From: an uncultured Bacilli bacterium | GTDB lineage: Bacteria > Bacillota_I > Bacilli_A > RF39 > UBA660 | Length of the DNA stretch: 64,000 nucleotides | Direction: 5' to 3' | NCBI GenBank assembly: GCA_949065595.1 | Contig: CARSXK010000001.1 | Location: 28,029 to 92,028, forward strand | In this document: positions 30,251-41,280 of the stretch, one piece after another | How the letters are laid out: each line of letters opens with the position of its first letter | Position numbering within the stretch: the stretch's first letter is position 1 | Notes under the pieces: generated by a model | Told to the model about the DNA's origin: nothing | The model's database searches: none | The model's input: the letters and a program-made list of their open reading frames with translations, nothing else | Made by a program: the position numbers and the translations under genes

Positions 30251-30700
30251 GTGGTCACAAATTATGAAATTAATTCTTCAACATTAGCCATTGTCCCTAT
30301 CTCTAAAAATGTCTCTCAAATAATCGAAGAAGAAGAAATTATAACTGTGAATAAAACAACAACTGAAGTCATTGATGATAGTTGTAAATTTTTTGGAAGT
30401 TCTTATTTAGGTAGACATGAAGGAACAAAAAATTTGATTGGGATTCATTATAAAGCTCCAATTGTGATAGAAGAAAGTAATCTAGTTATTTTTTTCCCAA
30501 CAGCATCTCCACGATTTGATAACTGTTATTGGATTTCACTTAAAAAAATATTAAAGTATAAAAAAGAAGCAGGAAAAACTATAATTATTTTTAAAAATGG
30601 TTATGAATTACCAATCAATATTTCTACTGGTTCTTTAGAAAATCAAATTTTAAGATCTACTTTATTAGAATCTGTTTTGCGTAGTAGGAAAATGTCATAA
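30251..30700 (+). CDS. comK: ComK-family competence transcription factor homologue
   Basis: GTG start after AGGAGG. The blocks YEINSSTLAIVP, DDSCKFFGSSYLGRHEGT, YKAPIVIEESNLVIFFPTASPR and FKNGYELPINISTGSLENQILRS align with B. subtilis ComK (recalled from memory). 149 aa, lacking the Bacillus C-terminal tail. Confidence 0.8.
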   Translation: MVTNYEINSSTLAIVPISKNVSQIIEEEEIITVNKTTTEVIDDSCKFFGSSYLGRHEGTKNLIGIHYKAPIVIEESNLVIFFPTASPRFDNCYWISLKKILKYKKEAGKTIIIFKNGYELPINISTGSLENQILRSTLLESVLRSRKMS

Positions 30701-30710
30701 TAATTTCTAG

Positions 30711-30736
30711 AAAATAAGCTTAAAAGCTTATTTTTT
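30711..30736 (+). terminator. intrinsic terminator after the comK-like gene
   Basis: AAATAAGCTT-AA-AAGCTTATTT hairpin followed by a T-run. Confidence 0.6.
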
Positions 30737-30832
30737 AATTTAATTTGTGCTATAATGTTATATGTGTATAGGTATATTAATTTTATATAACGTTTTAATA
30801 TAACCCATAAAAATGCAAAAAGAAGGTGTTAT

Positions 30833-31945
30833 ATGTATATTAAAAATATTAAACTCAATCATTTTAGAAATTATAAAACACTTTCACTAACTTTCCATAA
30901 AGGAATTAATATTATATATGGGGAAAATGCGCAAGGAAAAACAAATTTATTAGAATCTATCTATGTACTTGCTTTAACTAAATCGCATCGTTCTTTTATT
31001 GATAGTCATCTAATTCAGGAAAACAATGAAAGAGCAAAAATAGTAGGAAATGTATATATAGATGAAATGACAACTGAATTTGAAATCGCTTTTGAAGAGA
31101 AAAAAAAGCAACTGAAAATAGATGGAGATATTGTAAAAAAGGTAGGAGATTACTTATCTAAAATGAACATTATTATTTTTTATCCAGATGATTTGGAATT
31201 GGTAAAGGGTTCTCCTAATGTCAGAAGAAGATTTTTAAATCTAGAATTGAGTCAACTTAACTCAAATTATTACAATATATTAAATGATTACAATCGTCTT
31301 TTGAAAATGCGTAATGATTACATAAAGTTACATACCAATCAATTTGATGAAAATTATTTTTCTGTTTTAACTTCTTATTTGATTGATAAATCTATATTAT
31401 TACTTAAAATGCGAAAAAAATTTATTGATAAAATCAATATTTATGTCAGTGATATTTTTTATCGCATATCTTCATTGCAAAATTTTCAAGTAGTATATCA
31501 ATCTTTTATTGAATATGACCCTGACGAGAAATCTTTAAAAGAAAAAATAGAAACTCTTTTTCAGTCATTAAGAGAAAAAGAATTTCGATATAAAACAACT
31601 TTAATTGGACCACACCGAGATGACTTTTCTTTTTATGTAGGGGATATGCAATTAAAAAGTTATGGCTCACAAGGTCAACAACGAATGGCGATTTTATCCT
31701 TGAAATTGGCTGAAATCGAAATATTCAAATCATATAAAAAGGAGACTCCGATTTTATTACTGGATGATGTCTTTAGTGAATTAGATGATGGTAAAAAAAA
31801 TAACTTGTTACACTATATGAATGAAGATATCCAAACAATTATTACAACAACTGATTTACAAGATATTGATGAAAGTATTCGTAAAAAGTCTAAATTAATT
31901 GAAATTGTTCAAGGGACAATAAAAACATTAGAAGAGGTGGAATAA
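30833..31945 (+). CDS. recF: DNA replication/repair protein RecF
   Basis: Walker A GENAQGKTNLLE, SMC-like signature GSQGQQR, Walker B LLLDDV. Confidence 0.95.
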   Translation: MYIKNIKLNHFRNYKTLSLTFHKGINIIYGENAQGKTNLLESIYVLALTKSHRSFIDSHLIQENNERAKIVGNVYIDEMTTEFEIAFEEKKKQLKIDGDIVKKVGDYLSKMNIIIFYPDDLELVKGSPNVRRRFLNLELSQLNSNYYNILNDYNRLLKMRNDYIKLHTNQFDENYFSVLTSYLIDKSILLLKMRKKFIDKINIYVSDIFYRISSLQNFQVVYQSFIEYDPDEKSLKEKIETLFQSLREKEFRYKTTLIGPHRDDFSFYVGDMQLKSYGSQGQQRMAILSLKLAEIEIFKSYKKETPILLLDDVFSELDDGKKNNLLHYMNEDIQTIITTTDLQDIDESIRKKSKLIEIVQGTIKTLEEVE

Positions 31946-33874
<1,929 letters not shown>

Positions 33875-33884
33875 GAGGTGTAAA

Positions 33885-36329
33885 ATGGCAGGAATATTAA
33901 AAGAATTACATTTTGAACAAGAAATCAAAAATTCATTTCTTGATTATGCTATGAGTGTTATTGTAGCACGTGCTTTGCCTGATGTAAGAGATGGGTTAAA
34001 ACCTGTACAAAGAAGAATTGTATATGGAATGAATGATTTAGGAGCGACAGCGAATGTAGCACATAAAAAATCAGCTCGTATTACAGGTGATGTAATGGGT
34101 CGTTTTCATCCACATGGGGACTCTAGTATATACGATGCCCTTGTCCGTATGGCACAAGACTTTAGTTATCGTTACATGCTTGTTGACGGCCATGGAAACT
34201 TTGGTTCTATTGATGGAGATGGAGCGGCTGCACAGCGTTATACAGAAGCTAGAATGTCAAAAATTAGTATGGAACTCGTTAGAGATATTAATAAAAATAC
34301 AGTTGATTTTGTTCCCACATATACAGCAGAAGAAAAAGAACCAAGTGTATTGCCTTCAAGATTTCCGAATATATTAGTCAATGGTACTACAGGAATCGCG
34401 GTAGGTATGGCAACCAATATGCCACCTCATAATTTAGGAGAAGTGATTGATGGTTTAGTTGCTTTGATTGACAATCCTGAAATAGATACAATGGAATTGA
34501 TGGAATATATTAAGGGACCAGATTTTCCAACTGGAGCTGTTATTCTTGGAAATAGTGGGATTCGAAGAGCATATGAAACTGGAAAAGGAATTATAACAGT
34601 TCGTTCTCGCGCTTCCATTGAGGAGATGTCAAATGGAAAACATCAAATCATTGTAACTGAGATTCCATATATGGTAAATAAAGCGATGCTAATTACTAGA
34701 ATCGCGGATTTGGTAAGGGATAAAACCATCGATGGAATTACAGATTTAAGAGATGAGTCCAATCGGAATGGAATTAAAATTGTAATTGAAATCAGAAGAG
34801 ATGCGAATGCGAATGTAGTATTAAATAATTTATATAAGCATACTTCATTACAAACAACGTATGGAATTAATAATTTAGCATTGGTTGATGATGAACCACG
34901 TATTTTAACATTAAAAGCAATTTTAGAATGTTATTTAGAACATCAAAAGCAAGTAATTGTAAGACGTACACAATTTGATTTGGATAAAGCTCTAGCGCGT
35001 GCCCATATTTTGGAAGGATTAATGATTGCTTTAGACCATATTGATGAAATTGTTCAACTAATTAAAAAATCCAAAACCGATGAGGAAGCTTTGGAACAAT
35101 TAATGAGTCGTTTTGGTCTTTCTGAAATTCAAGGGAAATCTATTTTAGAAATGAAATTGAGAAGATTAACCGGATTAGAAAGAGAAAAAACAGAAAATGA
35201 ACTAAAAGAATTGGAAATTACAATTGCTGACTTAAAAGATATATTAGCAAATATGTCACGTGTTTTAGAAATTATCAAAAATGAATCATTAGAAATTAAA
35301 TCTAAATATGGTGATGAAAGAAGAACATTGATTGATATGTCAGCAATCGATTATATTGAGGATGAATCATTAATTCCAGTAGAGAATGTAGTTATTACAT
35401 TAACCAATAAAGGTTATATCAAACGTGTAAATAGTGAAACTTATAAGAGTCAAAATCGTGGTGGTGTTGGAATCAAAGGTATGTCAACAAATGAAGAAGA
35501 TTTTGCACAACATTTGATTTCTATGACAACACATGATTATATATTATTCTTTACGAATCGAGGAAAAGTGTATCGATTAAAAGGATATGAGGTTCCATTA
35601 TTCAATCGTCAATCCAAAGGATTACCAATTGTTAATTTATTACCGATTGAAAAAGACGAATATGTAACAGTTATGTTAAAAATAGCAACAGAAGAAGCAT
35701 CTAAATATATTGTATTTTGTACACAAAATGGATTAATCAAACGTACAAATATAGGAGAATTTGATAATATTAGAAGCAATGGAAAAATTGCAATCACTTT
35801 AAAAGAAGAAGATCAATTAATTTCTGTTAAAAAAACTACAGGCGAAAATGAAATATTAATAGCAGCATCTAATGGACGTATGATTCGTTTTGATGAAGCA
35901 GAAATTAGAATTATGGGAAGAACAGCAGCAGGTGTCAAAGGAATCAACGTAGGTGATGGATATTGTGTTGGATGTGAAATAGCAGAAAAAGGACAACAAA
36001 TTTTGGTAGTTACAGAAAAAGGATATGGAAAGCGTACCGATATGGAAGAATATCGTATTACACATCGCGGCAGTAAAGGAGTAAAAGCACTTAATGTAAC
36101 AGATAAAAATGGTAATATTGTTTCCTTTAAATCTGTACATGGTGATGAGGACTTAATGATTATTACCGATAGTGGAATTATTATTCGTTTACCATTAGAA
36201 CAAGTTTCTACAACTGGTAGAGTTGCTCAAGGTGTTAAATTGATCAATCTAAAAGATGATCAAAAAGTTAGTACTGTAGCTGTTATGATGAAAGAAGAAG
36301 TAATAGAGAATGAAGAAGAACAAACATAA
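33885..36329 (+). CDS. gyrA: DNA gyrase subunit A
   Basis: Active-site region [14 protein letters not shown]-like [12 protein letters not shown]-terminal beta-pinwheel repeats. Confidence 0.97.
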   Translation: MAGILKELHFEQEIKNSFLDYAMSVIVARALPDVRDGLKPVQRRIVYGMNDLGATANVAHKKSARITGDVMGRFHPHGDSSIYDALVRMAQDFSYRYMLVDGHGNFGSIDGDGAAAQRYTEARMSKISMELVRDINKNTVDFVPTYTAEEKEPSVLPSRFPNILVNGTTGIAVGMATNMPPHNLGEVIDGLVALIDNPEIDTMELMEYIKGPDFPTGAVILGNSGIRRAYETGKGIITVRSRASIEEMSNGKHQIIVTEIPYMVNKAMLITRIADLVRDKTIDGITDLRDESNRNGIKIVIEIRRDANANVVLNNLYKHTSLQTTYGINNLALVDDEPRILTLKAILECYLEHQKQVIVRRTQFDLDKALARAHILEGLMIALDHIDEIVQLIKKSKTDEEALEQLMSRFGLSEIQGKSILEMKLRRLTGLEREKTENELKELEITIADLKDILANMSRVLEIIKNESLEIKSKYGDERRTLIDMSAIDYIEDESLIPVENVVITLTNKGYIKRVNSETYKSQNRGGVGIKGMSTNEEDFAQHLISMTTHDYILFFTNRGKVYRLKGYEVPLFNRQSKGLPIVNLLPIEKDEYVTVMLKIATEEASKYIVFCTQNGLIKRTNIGEFDNIRSNGKIAITLKEEDQLISVKKTTGENEILIAASNGRMIRFDEAEIRIMGRTAAGVKGINVGDGYCVGCEIAEKGQQILVVTEKGYGKRTDMEEYRITHRGSKGVKALNVTDKNGNIVSFKSVHGDEDLMIITDSGIIIRLPLEQVSTTGRVAQGVKLINLKDDQKVSTVAVMMKEEVIENEEEQT

Positions 36330-36343
36330 TTGTTCTTTTTTAA

Positions 36344-36359
36344 TGTTTCACGTGAAACA
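36344..36359. promoter_or_regulatory. parS: parS site 1 (ParB/Spo0J binding)
   Basis: TGTTTCACGTGAAACA, perfect, embedded in a 28-bp perfect palindrome at 36338-36365, 9 nt after the gyrA stop. Confidence 0.9.
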
Positions 36360-36548
36360 TTAAAATTAGTAATTAAAATAGTTTAATGGAAAATTATTTC
36401 ATAATCATAAACTTAAATTTTATAAAAATCTTAATTTATGAAAATATAGCATATCTATCTTATAATTTTATACTATACACTGAATAAATTCATGGAGTAA
36501 CCTTATTTATTGTTGATATTGAATTGTGATTAATAATCAATGATGTAA

Positions 36549-36564
36549 TGTTTCACGTGGAACA
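36549..36564. promoter_or_regulatory. parS: parS site 2
   Basis: TGTTTCACGTGGAACA. Its reverse complement TGTTCCACGTGAAACA fits the Bacillus consensus TGTTNCACGTGAAACA. Confidence 0.85.
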
Positions 36565-36601
36565 TGATTAAATTGCATTCATTTTTAATAATATGTCTAA
36601 A

Positions 36602-36617
36602 TGTTTCACGTGAAACA
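36602..36617. promoter_or_regulatory. parS: parS site 3
   Basis: TGTTTCACGTGAAACA, perfect. Confidence 0.9.
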
Positions 36618-36660
36618 TCAAAAAGTTGATATTTTATTAAAAATAATATATATTATTACT

Positions 36661-36733
36661 AGCACAACATTTATATTTGAACCAGGTCAGGATTGGAAAA
36701 TAGCAGCCTTAAGGATCACTGAATGTGTGTGCT
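36661..36733 (+). ncRNA. ffs: signal recognition particle RNA, small (4.5S-type) form
   Basis: ACCAGGUCAGGAUUGGAAAAUAGCAGCCUUAAGG matches the conserved helix-8 motif with its GGAA tetraloop. Closing stem AGCACAACAUU / AAUGUGUGUGCU. Followed by TTTTTT. TTGATA-17-TATATT promoter at 36624-36652. Ends are approximate. Confidence 0.7.
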
Positions 36734-36754
36734 TTTTTAGTTAGGTGATTATAA

Positions 36755-37195
36755 ATGAATCAAAAGTGGATGCAAGTGGCAATCAAAGAAGCAAAAAAAG
36801 CATATAAGAAGGATGATGTTCCTGTTGGAGCTATTATTATAAAAAATGGGAAAATGATCGCAAAAGCATATAATAAAAAAGAAAAAAATAGAAATGTAGT
36901 AGAACATGCAGAAATACTAGCAATTCAAAAAGCATGTAAGAAATTAAAAGCATGGCGTTTGGAAGAATGTACGATGTATATTACATTGGAACCCTGTATG
37001 ATGTGTACAGGAGCAATTGTACAATCCAGAATTCGAAAAATAATATATGCATGTCCTAATCCTAATTATGGATTTATACAAAGTAACTATGAAATCCAAA
37101 AATATTATAATATTGAAGCAGAGTGTACCAATGATATTCACTCTGAAGAAGTAAAAATACTAATGCAACAATTTTTTAAAAATAAAAGAAAATAG
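36755..37195 (+). CDS. tadA: tRNA-specific adenosine-34 deaminase
   Basis: HAE ... PCMMC zinc-binding deaminase motifs, 146 aa. Confidence 0.93.
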   Translation: MNQKWMQVAIKEAKKAYKKDDVPVGAIIIKNGKMIAKAYNKKEKNRNVVEHAEILAIQKACKKLKAWRLEECTMYITLEPCMMCTGAIVQSRIRKIIYACPNPNYGFIQSNYEIQKYYNIEAECTNDIHSEEVKILMQQFFKNKRK

Positions 37196-37222
37196 AAACT
37201 ATTTTCTTTTTCAATATTCTAA

Positions 37223-37238
37223 TGTTTCACGTGAAACA
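37223..37238. promoter_or_regulatory. parS: parS site 4
   Basis: TGTTTCACGTGAAACA inside a 30-bp perfect palindrome at 37216-37245. Confidence 0.9.
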
Positions 37239-37445
37239 TTAGAATTAATAATTGAATTGTAAATAGAAATTTATTTTATAATAATACTAATTCATAAAAA
37301 TATAGCATATCTATACAAATATTAAAACCATATTCTGAATGGATTTATGAAATAGATCCATAATGATTATCTTTAAAATGAAATATAATTTTATATATTA
37401 TCTTTTATTTATATTTAATATTTCAATTGCTATAATATGTCCAAA

Positions 37446-37461
37446 TGTTTCACGTGAAACA
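37446..37461. promoter_or_regulatory. parS: parS site 5
   Basis: TGTTTCACGTGAAACA, perfect (20-bp palindrome at 37444-37463). Confidence 0.9.
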
Positions 37462-37536
37462 TTACCATCCATACCTTACAATAATGTTATAAAAATGAAA
37501 CAAATAATGATATAATAGTAAAAATGAGGTGACAAC

Positions 37537-39192
37537 ATGTACCAAACTTTGTATAGAAAATATAGACCTGCTTACTTTGATGAAGTGGTGGGTCAAAGAA
37601 TAATTATTACAACACTTAAAAATGCAATTGAAAATCATACATTAAGCCACGCTTATTTATTTACAGGTCCAAGAGGAACTGGTAAAACAAGCGTTGCTAA
37701 AATATTAGCAAAGACAATCAATTGCGATTCCCCTGAACATTTAGTACCTTGTAATAAATGTGTTAATTGTACACAAATAAATAATAAACAATCGGTTGAT
37801 ATTATAGAAATTGATGCGGCATCTAATAATGGTGTAGATGAAATCAGAGAACTCAAAAGCAAAGTAAATTTGGTTCCTTCAATTGGTAAATATAAAGTTT
37901 ATATTATAGATGAAGTCCACATGCTTACCACAGGAGCCTTCAATGCTCTTTTAAAAACATTAGAGGAACCCCCTGAACATATAATATTTATTCTTGCTAC
38001 GACAGAACCTCATAAAATACCTGCAACGATTCTTTCAAGATGTCAAAGATTTGATTTTAAAAAAATACATGAAAATGATATTTACCATCGATTAAAAGAA
38101 ATTGCGCAACTTGAAAAAATCGAGATCGATGATGATGGCTTAATTGAAATTGCGCATTTAGCAGATGGTGGATTAAGAGATGCATTAAGTTTATTTGATC
38201 AAGTAATCGCATATTCCAAAGATAAAATTACAGTAGAAGAAGTTCATGAAATTAATGGAACACTTACCCCAATGCAATTAAAAAATTTTATTTTATTTTT
38301 ATCCAATAATGATATTGAAAAACTATTTCACTTAATTGATGAATATGATCAAAATGGCAAAAACTTTGTAAAATTAGCAGAAGAAATTATTCTATTTTTA
38401 AGAAATTGCTTACTTGCCTGTACAGTTTCTTCCTATTTGAAGGAAATTACCAACAATGTGGAATTGTATGAATTTGACCATTTGGAAAAAAATCAAATTT
38501 TGAAATTGATTCAAACATTTAATCAAATGATTTATGATATGAAATTATCAAGTCATCCAAAAATATTATTTGAAACCGCTCTGATTGGAATCATGCAGTT
38601 ACAAGACGATGATTTTAAATCAGATTCTAATCATGAAAAAAAAGAATTATTATCTACAAATTCAAAAGAAAAAAATAAGACTGAAAATCAGCCAGAATCA
38701 AAAAAAATAGTAAATCAAAATTTAGAAAAAAATGCGATAATTCAGCAATTAAAGCAGATAAGGATTAATAATACTTTGTGTCAATTTAACAAAAAAGAAC
38801 TATTGAGTTGGAAAGAAAAAATGGAACAATTAGAACTAGAAATAACCAATTTAGAATATGGCCAAATGATTTCTTTGATCCTAGATGGTAACTTAAAGGC
38901 AGTAGGTGACAATCATCTCATCTTTGTATATGAGAACAATCGACTTTCGGATTTATTTAATGAAAGTTTATCGAAAATAGATCAACTTTTAAAACAAATT
39001 TTTCATGAAACATTATATACCATTGCAACTGATCAAGAAGATTGGGATATCATTAAAAAAGAATTTAATAGTAAAACAAAAAAATATGTATATATAGAAG
39101 AACCTAGTGAGTTTATCAAACAATTAGAACAAAAAGAAACATTGACAGAAATTGAGAATATATTTGAAAATATTATAGAATATGAAAAATAG
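37537..39192 (+). CDS. dnaX: DNA polymerase III subunit gamma/tau
   Basis: GPRGTGKTS Walker A, zinc module CNKCVNC, SRCQRFDF sensor. Confidence 0.95.
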   Translation: MYQTLYRKYRPAYFDEVVGQRIIITTLKNAIENHTLSHAYLFTGPRGTGKTSVAKILAKTINCDSPEHLVPCNKCVNCTQINNKQSVDIIEIDAASNNGVDEIRELKSKVNLVPSIGKYKVYIIDEVHMLTTGAFNALLKTLEEPPEHIIFILATTEPHKIPATILSRCQRFDFKKIHENDIYHRLKEIAQLEKIEIDDDGLIEIAHLADGGLRDALSLFDQVIAYSKDKITVEEVHEINGTLTPMQLKNFILFLSNNDIEKLFHLIDEYDQNGKNFVKLAEEIILFLRNCLLACTVSSYLKEITNNVELYEFDHLEKNQILKLIQTFNQMIYDMKLSSHPKILFETALIGIMQLQDDDFKSDSNHEKKELLSTNSKEKNKTENQPESKKIVNQNLEKNAIIQQLKQIRINNTLCQFNKKELLSWKEKMEQLELEITNLEYGQMISLILDGNLKAVGDNHLIFVYENNRLSDLFNESLSKIDQLLKQIFHETLYTIATDQEDWDIIKKEFNSKTKKYVYIEEPSEFIKQLEQKETLTEIENIFENIIEYEK

Positions 39193-39207
39193 AAAAGAGG
39201 AATTAAA

Positions 39208-39501
39208 ATGAATATACAAGCTATGATGAAACAAGCTCAAAAATTACAAAAAGATATGATGGATGCAAAGGGAAAAATAGATGAGTCCATTTTTGAAGGA
39301 ACTTCTTCTATTGTATCTGTTAAAATGAAAGGTACCAAAGAATTAATTAGTGTAGCGATTACAGAAATGGTAGATATGGATGATAGAGAAATGTTAGAAG
39401 ATATGATTGTGGTTGCGATAAATGATGCGATGAAAAAGATAGACCAAGAAGTAGAAGATAAATTAGGTAAGTATACACAGGGAATGCCAGGTTTATTTTA
39501 A
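39208..39501 (+). CDS. ybaB: nucleoid-associated protein YbaB/EbfC
   Basis: 97 aa with MMKQAQKLQKDM start. dnaX-ybaB-recR synteny. Confidence 0.93.
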   Translation: MNIQAMMKQAQKLQKDMMDAKGKIDESIFEGTSSIVSVKMKGTKELISVAITEMVDMDDREMLEDMIVVAINDAMKKIDQEVEDKLGKYTQGMPGLF

Positions 39502-40100
39502 TGAATTATCCAGTATCCATTCGAAATTTAATTGAATGTTATAAAAAACTTCCTGGTATAGGAGAAAAAACTGCAGAGCGTTTAGCGCTTGCTACTATGC
39601 ATTTAGATCAAGAAATAATTGATTTATTTTCGAAATCAATCGAAGACGTCAAGTCAAAAATAAGAAGATGTGAAAAATGTAATAATTTATCAGAAGAAAC
39701 ATTATGTGAAATATGTAAACAAAAAGGTCGAGACGAAAAAATAATTTGTGTGGTAGAAGATCCTAAAAATATTGTTATTTTTGAAAAGGTGGGAACATAT
39801 AGGGGACTTTATTATGTACTAGATGGTTTGATTTCTCCACTAGATGGAATTAATCCAGAAGATATTAAAATGAACGAATTATTATCTCGTATTGAAACAG
39901 AAAAAATAGAAGAAGTAATTATTGCTGTGAAACCTAGTATTGAAGGAGAAACAACAGCACTCTACATTTCTAAAATATTAAAGGGATTGCCAGTAAAAGT
40001 AACAAGAATTGCACATGGTGTTCCACTTGGTGTAGATATGGAATATATTGATTTTTTAACATTAGAACTTGCGTTAGAAAATCGGCAAGATGTTTCATAA
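39501..40100 (+). CDS. recR: recombination protein RecR
   Basis: HhH N-terminus, C4 zinc finger CEKCNNLSEETLCEIC, Toprim domain. Confidence 0.95.
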   Translation: MNYPVSIRNLIECYKKLPGIGEKTAERLALATMHLDQEIIDLFSKSIEDVKSKIRRCEKCNNLSEETLCEICKQKGRDEKIICVVEDPKNIVIFEKVGTYRGLYYVLDGLISPLDGINPEDIKMNELLSRIETEKIEEVIIAVKPSIEGETTALYISKILKGLPVKVTRIAHGVPLGVDMEYIDFLTLELALENRQDVS

Positions 40101-40141
40101 AAAAAGAGTCTTGTCCATATATTGAATTAGGTGATCAATAT

Positions 40142-40330
40142 ATGATAAAAAAAATATTTAATTTAATCAAAAAAATTGTAATTAGTGGATTTCTTTTATA
40201 CGGATATAATATTATTACTGCGCCACTTCATATTATGGTGCCAATTAATTTAATAACAGTATCCAGTTTAACTATTTTAGGATTTCCAGCTTTATTTGCA
40301 TTTATATTAATACACATTATCTTGTTTTGA
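40142..40330 (+). CDS. bofA: BofA-family pro-sigma-K processing inhibitor
   Basis: 62-aa two-TM protein. VPINLITVSSLTILGFPALFAFILI matches the BofA C-terminal block. Bacillus-like position after recR. Confidence 0.75.
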   Translation: MIKKIFNLIKKIVISGFLLYGYNIITAPLHIMVPINLITVSSLTILGFPALFAFILIHIILF

Positions 40331-40338
40331 GGTGGAAT

Positions 40339-41280
40339 ATGTTAGATGAATTTGTATCAGATCAAAAAATAGTCACAACAATATTAAAAAATGCGATAGA
40401 AAAAAATCGATATTCTCATGCTTATTTATTTGAATCCAATGGATATAAGAATGTGAATGCAGTCGCTCTTTCTTTTGCAAAATATCTTTCATGTCCTAAT
40501 CATTATACAAATACCGATAAATGTGTTAATTGTACACAATGTAAATTAATTGATCAAAATGCATTTTCAGAAATTAAAATAATTGAGCCAGATGGATTAT
40601 GGATTAAAAAGGAACAAATGGATCAGCTTCAAACAGAATTGATTCAAACAGCAGTCCAAAGTAAATATCGTATTTACATTGTACATAATGCGGAAAAAAT
40701 GAATCCATCGGCGGCCAATTCCATATTAAAATTTTTAGAAGAACCCGAAAAAAATATTATTGCAATTTTAATTACAGATAATATTTATCAATTACTAGAT
40801 ACCATTGTATCTAGATGTCAAATTATATCCTTTAAAAAAAATGACGAAACGAATCATACTATGTTGGAAAAAATAATCGATTCTGTATATTTTCCAACTA
40901 CAATGGATAAATCTTTACTTGAAAAATTGGTATCTACTATTGTTCATTTTGTCGAATATTATGAAACAAAAGGACAAGCTACATTATTGAGTACACAAAA
41001 TTTATGGCATAGTGTAATTGATGATCGGGATAAAACACTACTATCATTTGAATTGATGTTACTTTTTTATAAAGATATCTTAAATTTAAAATTGAGCCGT
41101 GCGATAGAATATTATGATGATTATCGCCAAATCATGCAAACAATAGGACAAAAAAATACCATTCGACAAATTACAAAAAAAATAAAAATAGTGAATGATT
41201 TCAAAGAAAGGATTCACTTAAATGTAAACCAAAATTTATTAATAGATGAACTGATATTAGAAATGGGGTGTGCGCTATGA
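40339..41280 (+). CDS. holB: DNA polymerase III subunit delta prime
   Basis: Clamp-loader AAA+ fold (HAYLFES.G), zinc module C..H..C.NC..C, SRCQ sensor. ATG at 40339 after GAGGTGG. Confidence 0.88.
   Translation: MLDEFVSDQKIVTTILKNAIEKNRYSHAYLFESNGYKNVNAVALSFAKYLSCPNHYTNTDKCVNCTQCKLIDQNAFSEIKIIEPDGLWIKKEQMDQLQTELIQTAVQSKYRIYIVHNAEKMNPSAANSILKFLEEPEKNIIAILITDNIYQLLDTIVSRCQIISFKKNDETNHTMLEKIIDSVYFPTTMDKSLLEKLVSTIVHFVEYYETKGQATLLSTQNLWHSVIDDRDKTLLSFELMLLFYKDILNLKLSRAIEYYDDYRQIMQTIGQKNTIRQITKKIKIVNDFKERIHLNVNQNLLIDELILEMGCAL

Larger units (their letters stand above)
36338..36618 (+). repeat. parS-bounded intergenic module A (paralogue of module B)
   Basis: Starts and ends with parS. Shares a 27-nt block (36432-36458) and a ~30-nt distal block with 37216-37463, in the same order and orientation. 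Confidence 0.75.
37216..37463 (+). repeat. parS-bounded intergenic module B (paralogue of module A)
   Basis: See module A. The shared 27-nt block is at 37288-37314. An extended -10-like TGCTATAAT at 37428-37436 lies just before the distal parS. Confidence 0.75.

Noticed and set aside
36338-37463. CACGTG-centred palindromes first considered as operators of an unknown transcription factor, REP/MITE-type repeats or transcription terminators.
   Set aside because: The 16-bp core is exactly the ParB/Spo0J parS consensus, and a Spo0J gene is present. None is followed by a U-run, so they are not classical terminators. They are kept as parS sites, and only the surrounding duplicated modules remain unexplained.
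36330-37536. An rRNA operon or tRNA genes were expected after gyrA and near tadA, as in Bacillus.
   Set aside because: No 16S/23S/5S-like sequence or tRNA-like GTTCGAATC/T-loop motif was seen. The spacers are too short and contain only parS modules and ffs.
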